From positions 73,167 to 137,166 of the IMG/VR virus record IMGVR_UViG_3300040959_000769: a stretch of 64,000 nucleotides of DNA; one strand, written 5' to 3'. Positions 46,895 to 55,441 of this stretch are shown here, one piece after another. This DNA comes from a virus. The notes under the pieces are model-generated. The model was not told the origin of the DNA and did no database searches. It saw only the letters and a program-made list of their open reading frames with translations. Numbering within the stretch: position 1 is the stretch's first letter; every line of letters begins with the position of its first letter. The position numbers and the translations under genes are program-made.

Positions 46895-47098
46895 CTAAGA
46901 CCGATTTTGAGCACGTTTGCGCTCAATTTCCTCACGATCTTCCTGTATAACTTTAGCACACGCATACCTGAGCAACCATTCCTCATCGCTACTATCTAAA
47001 ATGCGAATTGGGTCTGTGCCAAACAACTCCCCTAAACGTGCCGCGCTTTTAATGCGCGGATCATCGACCAGTTCGTCTAGGAGATCTTCGTAGGGTCC
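46895..47098 (-). CDS. Tail assembly chaperone frameshift extension (gpT-like)
   Basis: Start-less open frame GPYEDLLDELVDDPRIKSAARLGELFGTDP...QNRS* in the -1 frame, overlapping the end of the chaperone gene. Confidence 0.7.
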   Translation of the reverse strand, partial: GPYEDLLDELVDDPRIKSAARLGELFGTDPIRILDSSDEEWLLRYACAKVIQEDREEIERKRAQNRS

Positions 47099-47592
47099 AC
47101 AGTCTCAACTGTGTCCCCAAACCCTGCTGCATCAAGGATCGCCAAAGCAGCAGACTCAACATGAGGTTCAATACCGAAAAACGCCAACACGCCATCCGGA
47201 ATCGGTCGAGAAGCACCCACCATTTCCAAAATCGCAGATGAACCAAACGTGTAAGGACGTCCCTGCTCATCCTCTGCAATCTCGTTATTGAAAGCAATAC
47301 CGGTGCAAGTGTGCCCAACAACGCAAGCAGCGAACTTCGTCGCATCCATGCCGTTCTTAGTGTCCTCACCAGACTGCTTACGCCATGCACGCATCTGCCC
47401 CTGAGTCACATTCGGAGAAACCCGAACAGTCACACCAGGACGCTCCGGAACCTCAATGAAAACCTCAGGGCGCTCAATCTTCTTGCTCAGTGTTTCTTTC
47501 AACTGATCAAGAACCGAAGCAGAACCAGACGTTGCCGCACTTGACGACGAATCCGAAGAACCGCTGTTCATTTCGTAAAGTTCATCACTCAT
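47077..47592 (-). CDS. Tail assembly chaperone (gpG-like)
   Basis: Between tube and tape measure; ends VDPTKIS. Confidence 0.75.
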   Translation of the reverse strand: MSDELYEMNSGSSDSSSSAATSGSASVLDQLKETLSKKIERPEVFIEVPERPGVTVRVSPNVTQGQMRAWRKQSGEDTKNGMDATKFAACVVGHTCTGIAFNNEIAEDEQGRPYTFGSSAILEMVGASRPIPDGVLAFFGIEPHVESAALAILDAAGFGDTVETVDPTKIS

Positions 47593-47614
47593 AAGAAAGC
47601 ACGCTAGCACAGCA

Positions 47615-47647
47615 AAAGAGACGCCAGTGGAACACCGACGCCTCTTT
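47615..47647 (-). terminator. Intrinsic terminator after tail tube gene
   Basis: Minus strand AAAGAGGCGTCGGTG-TTC-CACTGGCGTCTCTTT: 15-bp stem with three G-U pairs, ending in a U run. Confidence 0.65.
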
Positions 47648-47682
47648 CACCAACTGTGGGTTGTCTGATTTAAAAAGAACTA

Positions 47683-48150
47683 TCAGGCAGGGCTGACAGT
47701 GGAAACGCTGAAAGTCAGCGAATAGGTGGCGGGAGCCCCTGAAGCAGCGTCACCCTCAGGCTCGGTCAAACCAACGAGCAGACACTGAGCGTAACCACGG
47801 TGCGACTGAGGGTCGCGAACTTCGCAGTTCAACTCGTAAATGTCCACGTCGTAGTACGCACGACCAACCATCTGACGAAGATTGTTCAGGAACGGCTTGT
47901 CCTGAGCATCGTCATAATGGCGAGTCAACGTAATGTCACCGATCTCCGAAGGAGCGCAAAGAATCTCAGGGAACAATTTTCCACCGATATAGATTTTCTC
48001 AACGCTTGCCGTGATCTCACCACCGCTCACCTGAGCAAAGTAAGCGAAACCAGAACCCGCATCCGCCGTAACGGTAGGAGGGGTTTCAATGTTGCCGTCC
48101 GCTGACGGTGTGATCTCAGCGACAATCTGCCTCTGTGCAACTTTTGCCAT
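47683..48150 (-). CDS. Tail tube protein
   Basis: 155 aa after the sheath; F.QVSGGEIT...GDITLTR...DA.SG....TFSV (T4 gp19-like pattern). Confidence 0.8.
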   Translation of the reverse strand: MAKVAQRQIVAEITPSADGNIETPPTVTADAGSGFAYFAQVSGGEITASVEKIYIGGKLFPEILCAPSEIGDITLTRHYDDAQDKPFLNNLRQMVGRAYYDVDIYELNCEVRDPQSHRGYAQCLLVGLTEPEGDAASGAPATYSLTFSVSTVSPA

Positions 48151-48167
48151 GGTTACTTACTCCTGAA

Positions 48168-49694
48168 TCAGACAACTGATGCTGTTAGGTTGGACTTGGT
48201 GACATCGACCTCAATCTGGTCGGCAACGCTAGACACCCGGATGCCAACCTTGGCCTTGACGAGACCACCAGCCAGCTGAGACAGCGGGTTGATTGCCTCA
48301 TCGACCTGGACTGAATATCCGTAGTCAATGCGCTTTCCAGTGTTGTCGAACGACTCGAACAGACCGCCAGCAGTGCGGATCGGCTCAAGAATTGCGACGA
48401 GGCGAGCCTGAACCTTTGAGAACAGGCTGTTGCGACCGTCAATCGGTGAGAACACAAGATCCTCAAGAGCGGTCTCTGCACGGTCAACCACGTAGTTCAG
48501 CATCTCCCGAGCGGTGATGAAACGGTAGTTGTCCTCGTCGGTAGAGAGTGAACGAGCGCCATAGATGCGGGCTGCACCGTTAATGATGCGGATGCCGTTC
48601 ACGCGGTGCTCATCAAGCGAATCGCTCTGCGACTTGCTGATTGCCTGCTGAACACCACTCACGAAGTTTGCGGTGGTGTCCGAACCGGCGTATGCACGCC
48701 ACGGACCAGTGCCATTGTGCGCAACCGCACGCTTAGCGGCAACAAAACCCTCAGGGGAGATGGCTTCCACAGCGCCAGTGTCATTGGTGATTTTCACCCA
48801 CGGGTAGTACAGTGCGCCGTACTCGGAGTGGGTATAGGCAGAGGCGTCGTCGCCATCTTCTTCAGCGCCAGCCAAGCTAATTCCATCATCAATTGACAGC
48901 AGAGCGACACGCTGGTTGTTGTACGAATGGTTCAACAGATCCTTCTGAATGGTTGAAGCCGAAGAATCGGAAGGATCAGTGGTTGAAGCGTTGCCTTGAC
49001 CAGGGATCGCCACCGCGCCCGGACCAAGTTCAGCACCAAACGCCGTCAAACCCTTCGTAATCGCATAGGTTGATGAAACGTCTGTCTCGTCCGTACCAAA
49101 AGAGTACGATGAAGCGTTAATCGACGCTGAGTTCTCGTCACCGCCAGCGAAAGAGGTTGCAGCAACTACAATCAAAGCAGTGATGCCGCTGTCATAGCTC
49201 GACGTAACGTACTTGGCAGCAACAGCAGAGTTATTGATCTTGTTGTTCATCGTCGCAACGTCAGCACACTCACCGGTTGAATAAACCAGAACGTCAGAGA
49301 GATAAACCTTCAATGCGTGACCGCTTCCCAGCGAAACAATTTCGGCTTCCAAGTTGTCATCAGCCCAATCGCCAGCACCGACCGCCGTCAACGTGATGTC
49401 TCCACCCGTGACCGACAGGGTCGCCTCAGCCGTGGTTGCGCTTGCCCCCACAACACGCGACACGTAAACCTGCGCTCCGCCCTCTTCAAAGAACGTTTGA
49501 ACCTGCTGATGCGTGTAAGCACCAGAAACGAATCCGCCGTACCGTGACTCGTAGTCAGCAAGACTGGTCACCAACTTCGCCGCGTCCGAAGGGCCACGCT
49601 CGGTGCGACCCACGATAAAGAACGTGGCGGTAGGTGAGATATTCGTGGTGGATGGTCCCGTGCGAACCGATGTGTTTACGACAATGCCTGGCAT
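48168..49694 (-). CDS. Contractile tail sheath protein
   Basis: MPG+.V, F.VG..ERGP, FFEEGG...YV.RV, LYYPWV, VNGIR...IYGARSL...YRFI..R. Confidence 0.92.
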   Translation of the reverse strand: MPGIVVNTSVRTGPSTTNISPTATFFIVGRTERGPSDAAKLVTSLADYESRYGGFVSGAYTHQQVQTFFEEGGAQVYVSRVVGASATTAEATLSVTGGDITLTAVGAGDWADDNLEAEIVSLGSGHALKVYLSDVLVYSTGECADVATMNNKINNSAVAAKYVTSSYDSGITALIVVAATSFAGGDENSASINASSYSFGTDETDVSSTYAITKGLTAFGAELGPGAVAIPGQGNASTTDPSDSSASTIQKDLLNHSYNNQRVALLSIDDGISLAGAEEDGDDASAYTHSEYGALYYPWVKITNDTGAVEAISPEGFVAAKRAVAHNGTGPWRAYAGSDTTANFVSGVQQAISKSQSDSLDEHRVNGIRIINGAARIYGARSLSTDEDNYRFITAREMLNYVVDRAETALEDLVFSPIDGRNSLFSKVQARLVAILEPIRTAGGLFESFDNTGKRIDYGYSVQVDEAINPLSQLAGGLVKAKVGIRVSSVADQIEVDVTKSNLTASVV

Positions 49695-49739
49695 TTGTCT
49701 TCCTCCGCTGTGACGCTTTTGTCCCTAGTGGCTTATGAA

Positions 49740-49745
49740 ATTATA
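49740..49745 (-). promoter_or_regulatory. Putative -10 (TATAAT) for sheath/tube
   Basis: Perfect TATAAT 45 nt upstream of the sheath ATG, which has a GGAGG SD; no clear -35. Confidence 0.45.
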
Positions 49746-49832
49746 CCGAACGACTTTCGTACCTCTAGGAACTTTCATCGTCCGCTCCTTTATTGTCTCT
49801 TATTTTTGCTCTCCGTAGGGGAAGTACGGTGA

Positions 49833-50429
49833 TTATAAGTCTTTCAGTAAGGGGAGCAGAGGATTCACTGTTGTACGGATCTCATCTGCCGAATCGGCAA
49901 TATTCGCAACAGTGATCTGCTCGTTGATCTGGAGAGTGTAAGAAATATACGCTCCTGCCATGACTCGCTCGCCCTTGAGGAACGTCAGTTCTGAATACTC
50001 TTCACGAATTGAAGCCTCATCGATCATGACAAACAAGTTGTTATCGCCAGATTTTTTATCCAGACATGGAGAATCCAGCAAAGCCGCACGAACGACAGTG
50101 CTCAACCTGTCACGTTTCGCAGTGCATTGATCCGAGTCATCATCCTTGACCCAAACATATGTACGCATCGTGTAATTAACCTGATACTGCGGGTCAAAAA
50201 TGGCGCTGTAATTTTCCCGTTCCAACCCATTCATTGAAATGGCAACCGTGATCAGAGTTGGCCACGAATCAATCGCAACCGGTTCGTACACCAAATACTT
50301 CACGGGATCAGGAAGATTTTCATCATCCAAATTCCACTCGTTACGGTACGTTCGCAGGCGAGAAGGCAAATCATTCTTCAAATACTCATTGACAAACGAC
50401 TTAGCGTTGTAAGCACCCTGCATAGTCAT
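49833..50429 (-). CDS. Tail terminator/completion protein
   Basis: Synteny (neck genes before sheath); ..WP.L..V....RD.LST.VR..L. Confidence 0.6.
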   Translation of the reverse strand: MTMQGAYNAKSFVNEYLKNDLPSRLRTYRNEWNLDDENLPDPVKYLVYEPVAIDSWPTLITVAISMNGLERENYSAIFDPQYQVNYTMRTYVWVKDDDSDQCTAKRDRLSTVVRAALLDSPCLDKKSGDNNLFVMIDEASIREEYSELTFLKGERVMAGAYISYTLQINEQITVANIADSADEIRTTVNPLLPLLKDL

Positions 50430-50857
50430 CAGGTATCACCCCGAGAAACATACCGAGCCGACATTTCAGCCAGATCCCTAGAAAAACCTGGCGGATCATA
50501 AACAACCCTACGCGCAGGCATAAACCGCGTCCCATACTGATGGAACTTTGCGTACTCAACATCTGTTCCGAACTCAGCCGACAACGGGGTAATCGTGTTG
50601 GGAGCGCCACGCATGTTCGTCAAACTTGAGAACAACTTCCCTGTCCGACGCATAATTGGCCACGCATAGTCGCGCTTACGTGGATCCCAGCCGCCAGAAG
50701 GTAAACCGTTGGCCGTGAAGTTCTCAGCGTTTGCCTTTTCAAGCATCCCTCGAGCTTCACGAAACACAGGAGTGAAGTTCTTAGATCTGCGTGACATAGC
50801 ACCCAGCCGAGCCATCACCTTCTTGGCATCACAACTGATGTCTAACTCAACGGACAT
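50429..50857 (-). CDS. Phage virion morphogenesis (Mu gpG/P2 gpS-like) protein
   Basis: RTGKLFSSL...FGTDVEYAKFHQYGTRFMPARR. Confidence 0.8.
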   Translation of the reverse strand: MSVELDISCDAKKVMARLGAMSRRSKNFTPVFREARGMLEKANAENFTANGLPSGGWDPRKRDYAWPIMRRTGKLFSSLTNMRGAPNTITPLSAEFGTDVEYAKFHQYGTRFMPARRVVYDPPGFSRDLAEMSARYVSRGDT

Positions 50858-51495
50858 TATGAAACCCGAACCCTCCGATGACGGCGAATTGATTGGATTT
50901 CTTCAGGAGTGAAACCTGTCGTCAGAGGAGCAACGTTCCTTGTCTCCAAATCCTTCAAGCCAACAACATCGTCATGCATGTTTTGCATCTCCCGAGCAGC
51001 GGCTCGCAGAATAAGCAACTTGAAGTGCTTCACATTCGGTCCGTCAAGACCAGCCGTGTAAGTGATGTCAATCCGGTCATTGGCAAACGTCCGGTAAATA
51101 TCAATCCCGTAACGCTGAACAATGAAATCTCGCCCCTCGGTCAAAGTCTCGCTAGCAGACCCCGGAGTTGGGGCGGTGACCGTCAACGACGTAACAGACA
51201 CAATAGGGGAATTGCGAACATACAACGTGTATGGCGGTTGCAGGAACGACATGACTTCGCCAGCCATTGTCTTGTCCATTGAGTAGTCGTAGAAAAACGA
51301 AGAGTTCGGGATTCCCAAGTTTGAAGGGGCAACCGTGTATTCCTCGGTGAACGACGTCTGTTCAATCGGTCGCCGAAGAATCGACTCCATTTCGCTTTGC
51401 AGACCATCCAGCACAAACTCGCAGGCATGCGACTGCCTGTTTGAAAACTTGATATCCATGTACCGCTCTACGTCGGTCTGCGTTACTAAAGCCAT
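50857..51495 (-). CDS. Head-tail adaptor/connector protein
   Basis: MALVTQTDVERY, PIVSVTS+, ITYTAG, I...L..HRRVRV. Confidence 0.75.
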   Translation of the reverse strand: MALVTQTDVERYMDIKFSNRQSHACEFVLDGLQSEMESILRRPIEQTSFTEEYTVAPSNLGIPNSSFFYDYSMDKTMAGEVMSFLQPPYTLYVRNSPIVSVTSLTVTAPTPGSASETLTEGRDFIVQRYGIDIYRTFANDRIDITYTAGLDGPNVKHFKLLILRAAAREMQNMHDDVVGLKDLETRNVAPLTTGFTPEEIQSIRRHRRVRVS

Positions 51496-51554
51496 TTTGC
51501 CACCTCGGTAGGGCGCGACGATTACCCACACCGATTTTACATGGTGGAATGGTT

Positions 51555-53129
51555 TTAGACAGGCAAAGACGTAAAGTCGTCAAGGAATTTAGTGAAGTCA
51601 GTATTTCCAAACTGATCGTAAAGCTTCCAACGATCAGCCAACCAAATATGCGCCTCAGCGTGCGATACACCGTAACGACGCATATACCACGCTTTCAAGA
51701 TGAACCCAGTTCGGCTACGTCCAGCATGACAATGCACAACAACTTTTTTACCTGAATCAAGCCAAGCGTCAATCGTGTCTACCGCATCCTTGACCGTGGT
51801 CTCTAGATGAGGGTTCGCCCCAACTGTGTCAATAATAAAATAGTTGCGCCGATTCTTGAACCTCTTCGTCAAAGAGCCCGTACGGCATAGGGAGATGAGA
51901 TGGAAAGAATCATCATCGCACGACGCCACACCGGGAAGATTCGCAGCATACAACTCAAAGTTTTCGTCAAGCAGTTGAGGACCAGCAGCGGGTTCAAATC
52001 GAGTCAACTCATCAGGATTGGTGAACAAAACCCAATCATGAATAACGGAGTTGAGTTCGTCGTACCCCATGTGACCGAATTCTGTTCCAGGAATAACCCC
52101 GTTGACATTCGTGATCCACCTGGAAGGGATGGAATCAACCCCGTACAACGCGCCAGCGATAGCACCAGCAACAGCAGCGACAGTGTCTGTGTCTCCACCA
52201 ATGTTGATGGTCTTGACGATTGCATCCTCAAACGATGACGTTGAACAAACAGCCCAAACCGCTTGAGCCAAACATGTGATGGCTTTCCCGTTCGTAGGTC
52301 CGTTCAACACAACTCCAGAGTCACGGAATCCAAAAACCATCCCAAGAGCCTCGTTGTGAAACTCACCAGAAAGATCATCAACAATACTGGCTAACAGTTC
52401 AGCCTCCGTTCCAACAGGAAAACTGTCGTTCTGCACCGAATCGTAAATCTTGTACATGATTGACGCCATCAGTAAAGATGCATCAACCGCATCGTCGTCC
52501 CAGTGAGTAAGTCGTGTCTGGGACTCCGAAAACCTCAAAACATCTTCAAGATTGAGTTCATCAAAATTACCTACAAAAGAAGCAATCATTGGACCAAGCC
52601 GCATAATGCAACCATTGCTTGCGCTGAAACCAGTTCTCTCGTGCTGAGCCTTGGCACCCAATCGGTAGTCGTGGTGAGACAGCGAGCCCCTCGTGGTGCT
52701 ACCAACATCGGCTGCGGTCTTAGCCCAAGTTCTGTACATGTCGTAGAGGTGCGACAAGAAGTGATCGTAAGCATCGTCAATCTTGTTCTTAGTGCCAATG
52801 GCAAACGCTTCCGAAAACCTGTCATAGTTTTCGACAATTGCAGATATCCCGATTAGAGCCATCTGCGTGTCGTCGGTGAATTCGCCAGGACGCCAATTGA
52901 AAGCTCCGCCACCAATCATCTCGCCAGTTCCCGTCAGGACAGGCTCGCCCCCGAAACATTCCGAGTAGCGGTTAGCGGCACCAAACTCAAACGGTGCCCC
53001 TAAAGCATCGGCTACAGCCTGACCAAAAACAGTGCCAAGCAAAGCCTTCTCTTTGTCTCGTCTGCCAAAGAGTGTCTGCATGCTCTCCTCGTAGAAAAAG
53101 TCGTCGTAGTAATAACCAGTTGATGTCAT
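51555..53129 (-). CDS. ADP-ribosylglycohydrolase (DraG/ARH family) fused to dual-specificity phosphatase
   Basis: GQAVADALG, FTDDTQMAL, SNGCIMR, GGDTDTVAAVAGAIAGALYG; C-terminal VVVHCHAGRSRT (CX5R). Confidence 0.9.
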   Translation of the reverse strand: MTSTGYYYDDFFYEESMQTLFGRRDKEKALLGTVFGQAVADALGAPFEFGAANRYSECFGGEPVLTGTGEMIGGGAFNWRPGEFTDDTQMALIGISAIVENYDRFSEAFAIGTKNKIDDAYDHFLSHLYDMYRTWAKTAADVGSTTRGSLSHHDYRLGAKAQHERTGFSASNGCIMRLGPMIASFVGNFDELNLEDVLRFSESQTRLTHWDDDAVDASLLMASIMYKIYDSVQNDSFPVGTEAELLASIVDDLSGEFHNEALGMVFGFRDSGVVLNGPTNGKAITCLAQAVWAVCSTSSFEDAIVKTINIGGDTDTVAAVAGAIAGALYGVDSIPSRWITNVNGVIPGTEFGHMGYDELNSVIHDWVLFTNPDELTRFEPAAGPQLLDENFELYAANLPGVASCDDDSFHLISLCRTGSLTKRFKNRRNYFIIDTVGANPHLETTVKDAVDTIDAWLDSGKKVVVHCHAGRSRTGFILKAWYMRRYGVSHAEAHIWLADRWKLYDQFGNTDFTKFLDDFTSLPV

Positions 53130-53135
53130 GTCCCC

Positions 53136-53164
53136 ATCATAGGGTGCGTTGACATTTTTTGCAA
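53136..53164 (-). promoter_or_regulatory. Sigma-70-type leaderless promoter
   Basis: TTGCAA - 17 nt - TATGAT - 6 nt - ATG 53129. Confidence 0.65.
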
Positions 53165-53246
53165 CCTCAGTAAATGTACGGAGGCTTATATTTCTTTGTG
53201 ATTTTTTTCCAAACGTGCTTCAAGCGCAGTTTTAAAATTTTCAACT

Positions 53247-54212
53247 TCACACTATTCTGCTTCCTAGATGGGCTTCAGCCAAATGGATATGAGAGTGAAA
53301 CCCTGGATGCACGCCATCAAAAGCGTATGTCCAGACTTCCTCCCGCCAACAAAAATCCTCCGGAGTTGCCATACAACAATCAGTCGGATGCCCCACAGGA
53401 TGAGGCTTTGAATCCAACATGCTCTTATGCAGCGGAGCATAACCAGGATACCTAACACCATTAGCCAGCATCATCTTATGAGTAGACGCTGCATACGTGG
53501 AAAGAACCAGAGGGATCCCCGTAGCCCACGAAACCAGACTCAACATGTCCAACGCCATCATGTTCTCACGAACAATCATTGCCAACGGAGGCTGACGATC
53601 AGTGCCATCAGGAGACTCAATCCGCACGCCATTCCTCTTCGCCTCATGCGTAAAAAAGTTCGCGGTGTCAGGGTCGTACCAAATAGCAGACTCCTCATAA
53701 TCGTCACCACCTCGACGCACTTGAACCCACCCACGATGAATATCAGGCAAGCACAAATGAATTTCCTTAGGCCACCCAAACCTGTCAATGTGCGAAAACA
53801 CCATGTAGACAATCTTTGAGATACTTGCGCCCGGTTCACCAACGACATTCACGTACTCTGTGTCGTAACGGTTGTCCCTCAAGATATGTGGCCAAGTTTC
53901 CCTGAAGCTCAATCCAAACCCAACAGTCACAGAGCAGCCTGCACAAAGAAGGTCAGGGTTCTGAACGAACTCCGTCCCATGGAAGCCGTGCGAATTGACC
54001 CGATAAGACAGGTCGCCCATCGGCGCATGCCAATCTTCTCCATTAGTGAACTTCTCATCTCCAATGAAGTAGCAATTTTCCTCTTTGAAGTGACGCTGCT
54101 CGTCGTGTTGAGGAAAAAAGAACGAACCAGCCAAACGTGTTGCCCCATAATCAACACCGTCAACATCTGTTGGGTCAACAAATGGAAATTTGCGTAAGAA
54201 TTCTGAAATCAT
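53247..54212 (-). CDS. SGNH-hydrolase-like protein, paralog A
   Basis: GCSVT.G.GL, N..G.PG.S, C-terminal DGVHPG. Confidence 0.6.
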   Translation of the reverse strand: MISEFLRKFPFVDPTDVDGVDYGATRLAGSFFFPQHDEQRHFKEENCYFIGDEKFTNGEDWHAPMGDLSYRVNSHGFHGTEFVQNPDLLCAGCSVTVGFGLSFRETWPHILRDNRYDTEYVNVVGEPGASISKIVYMVFSHIDRFGWPKEIHLCLPDIHRGWVQVRRGGDDYEESAIWYDPDTANFFTHEAKRNGVRIESPDGTDRQPPLAMIVRENMMALDMLSLVSWATGIPLVLSTYAASTHKMMLANGVRYPGYAPLHKSMLDSKPHPVGHPTDCCMATPEDFCWREEVWTYAFDGVHPGFHSHIHLAEAHLGSRIV

Positions 54213-55441
54213 ATTTTCCGATCTGGTCGAGTAACGGCATCCAAATCCGTCGGCTCAAACTTTGTTCCCTCATGCCAAGCACTTATGTCTCCGTACTGAC
54301 TATCAGATATCTCTTCACCGGTCAACAACTCAGCCAAATGTAGATGCATGTGAAAACCTGGGTGCGGGTAAAACCGATCCCACTTGATGTCAAGCCCGTA
54401 GTCCCACATTTCGTCCTGCCACTTTGACTGTGGTTTTTTATCGCAACACTTTGTTCGGGAACCGATAGGAGTTATCTCTCCGGGGTACCCCCAGTTTGCG
54501 TAGCAACGCTCATTTTCTTCATGAGCAATGTCACCCCAAGTCCTACTTGGCTTCATCAAAAACAGCGGAGGTGGAACAACCTCCGGATAGTCAATCAGCC
54601 TTAGAGTTTTAAAAGTGTGAGACTCCCAACTTGAGAGACGCAACTCAATGCCCATAGCGTCACACAACATCGCTAGCACTTCAATCATGGACAAGTTGTA
54701 GTTGGCAACAATGTCTAGCGGGATGATTGACTTGTTCTGGTCAATTGATAGGTACGAAAAAACTTTGTTATTGAAGTCGATGTAGTAACCGTTCTCGGCG
54801 TAGTAAGTGACTTTTCCGCCGATCCATTCACGATTCCTTTTATTGCTGACTTTTTCAGGAGCAGGAAGTGGGCCAGTATAACGGTCAAGGGGTGGCACTA
54901 AGAAATATATTGACCTTGGAAAACCGTACTTACGGATGTGATCCATGGCTGCGTAAACCATGAACGCTGCCGATTCTCCAGGAGTCCCAATATTGTTCAC
55001 GCTTTTACCAAAAACGTGACTAACTATGTTTGGCCAAGAAAAATTATGTGCCAAACCAATACCGCTAGTAACGGAACAACCCAAAGTCAAAACATCTGGG
55101 TTTGAGACAAAATCCTCGCCATGCATGTTGTCTGAATTGACTTTGTAAATCAAACCTGGAAGTCGATTATCGGGATTGCCGTCAGACGGAAACCCTCTGT
55201 GCCATTCACCTCCCCAACTCCACCTGATGCCAGTTTCCTCGTCCAACACGACATCATCACCAAAGTGGGAGTTGGAAAAATTCGGATACCCGTGAAACCG
55301 AGTTCTACGCAGTAAGTGCAACGGCGCAGAAAAATGGCGGTCGTCTCCTAAAACAAAATCTTCGTAAGCGTCCCAAGAAGATTTGTCATTCGCATCAAGA
55401 AAAAAGTATTCGTGCGGATACCTGCCAGACGACTCACTCAC
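54209..55441 (-). CDS. SGNH-hydrolase-like protein, paralog B
   Basis: GCSVTSGIGL, NNIGTPGES, YPHPGFH; aligns with paralog A. Confidence 0.6.
   Translation of the reverse strand: MSESSGRYPHEYFFLDANDKSSWDAYEDFVLGDDRHFSAPLHLLRRTRFHGYPNFSNSHFGDDVVLDEETGIRWSWGGEWHRGFPSDGNPDNRLPGLIYKVNSDNMHGEDFVSNPDVLTLGCSVTSGIGLAHNFSWPNIVSHVFGKSVNNIGTPGESAAFMVYAAMDHIRKYGFPRSIYFLVPPLDRYTGPLPAPEKVSNKRNREWIGGKVTYYAENGYYIDFNNKVFSYLSIDQNKSIIPLDIVANYNLSMIEVLAMLCDAMGIELRLSSWESHTFKTLRLIDYPEVVPPPLFLMKPSRTWGDIAHEENERCYANWGYPGEITPIGSRTKCCDKKPQSKWQDEMWDYGLDIKWDRFYPHPGFHMHLHLAELLTGEEISDSQYGDISAWHEGTKFEPTDLDAVTRPDRKI

Noticed and set aside
53186-53251. Start-less frame CEVENFKTALEARLEKNHKEI* just past the SGNH paralog A stop (possible lost GT dinucleotide)
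   Set aside because: Only 21 codons, and the catalytic motifs are already complete upstream; cannot be told from chance without homologue alignment or reads.
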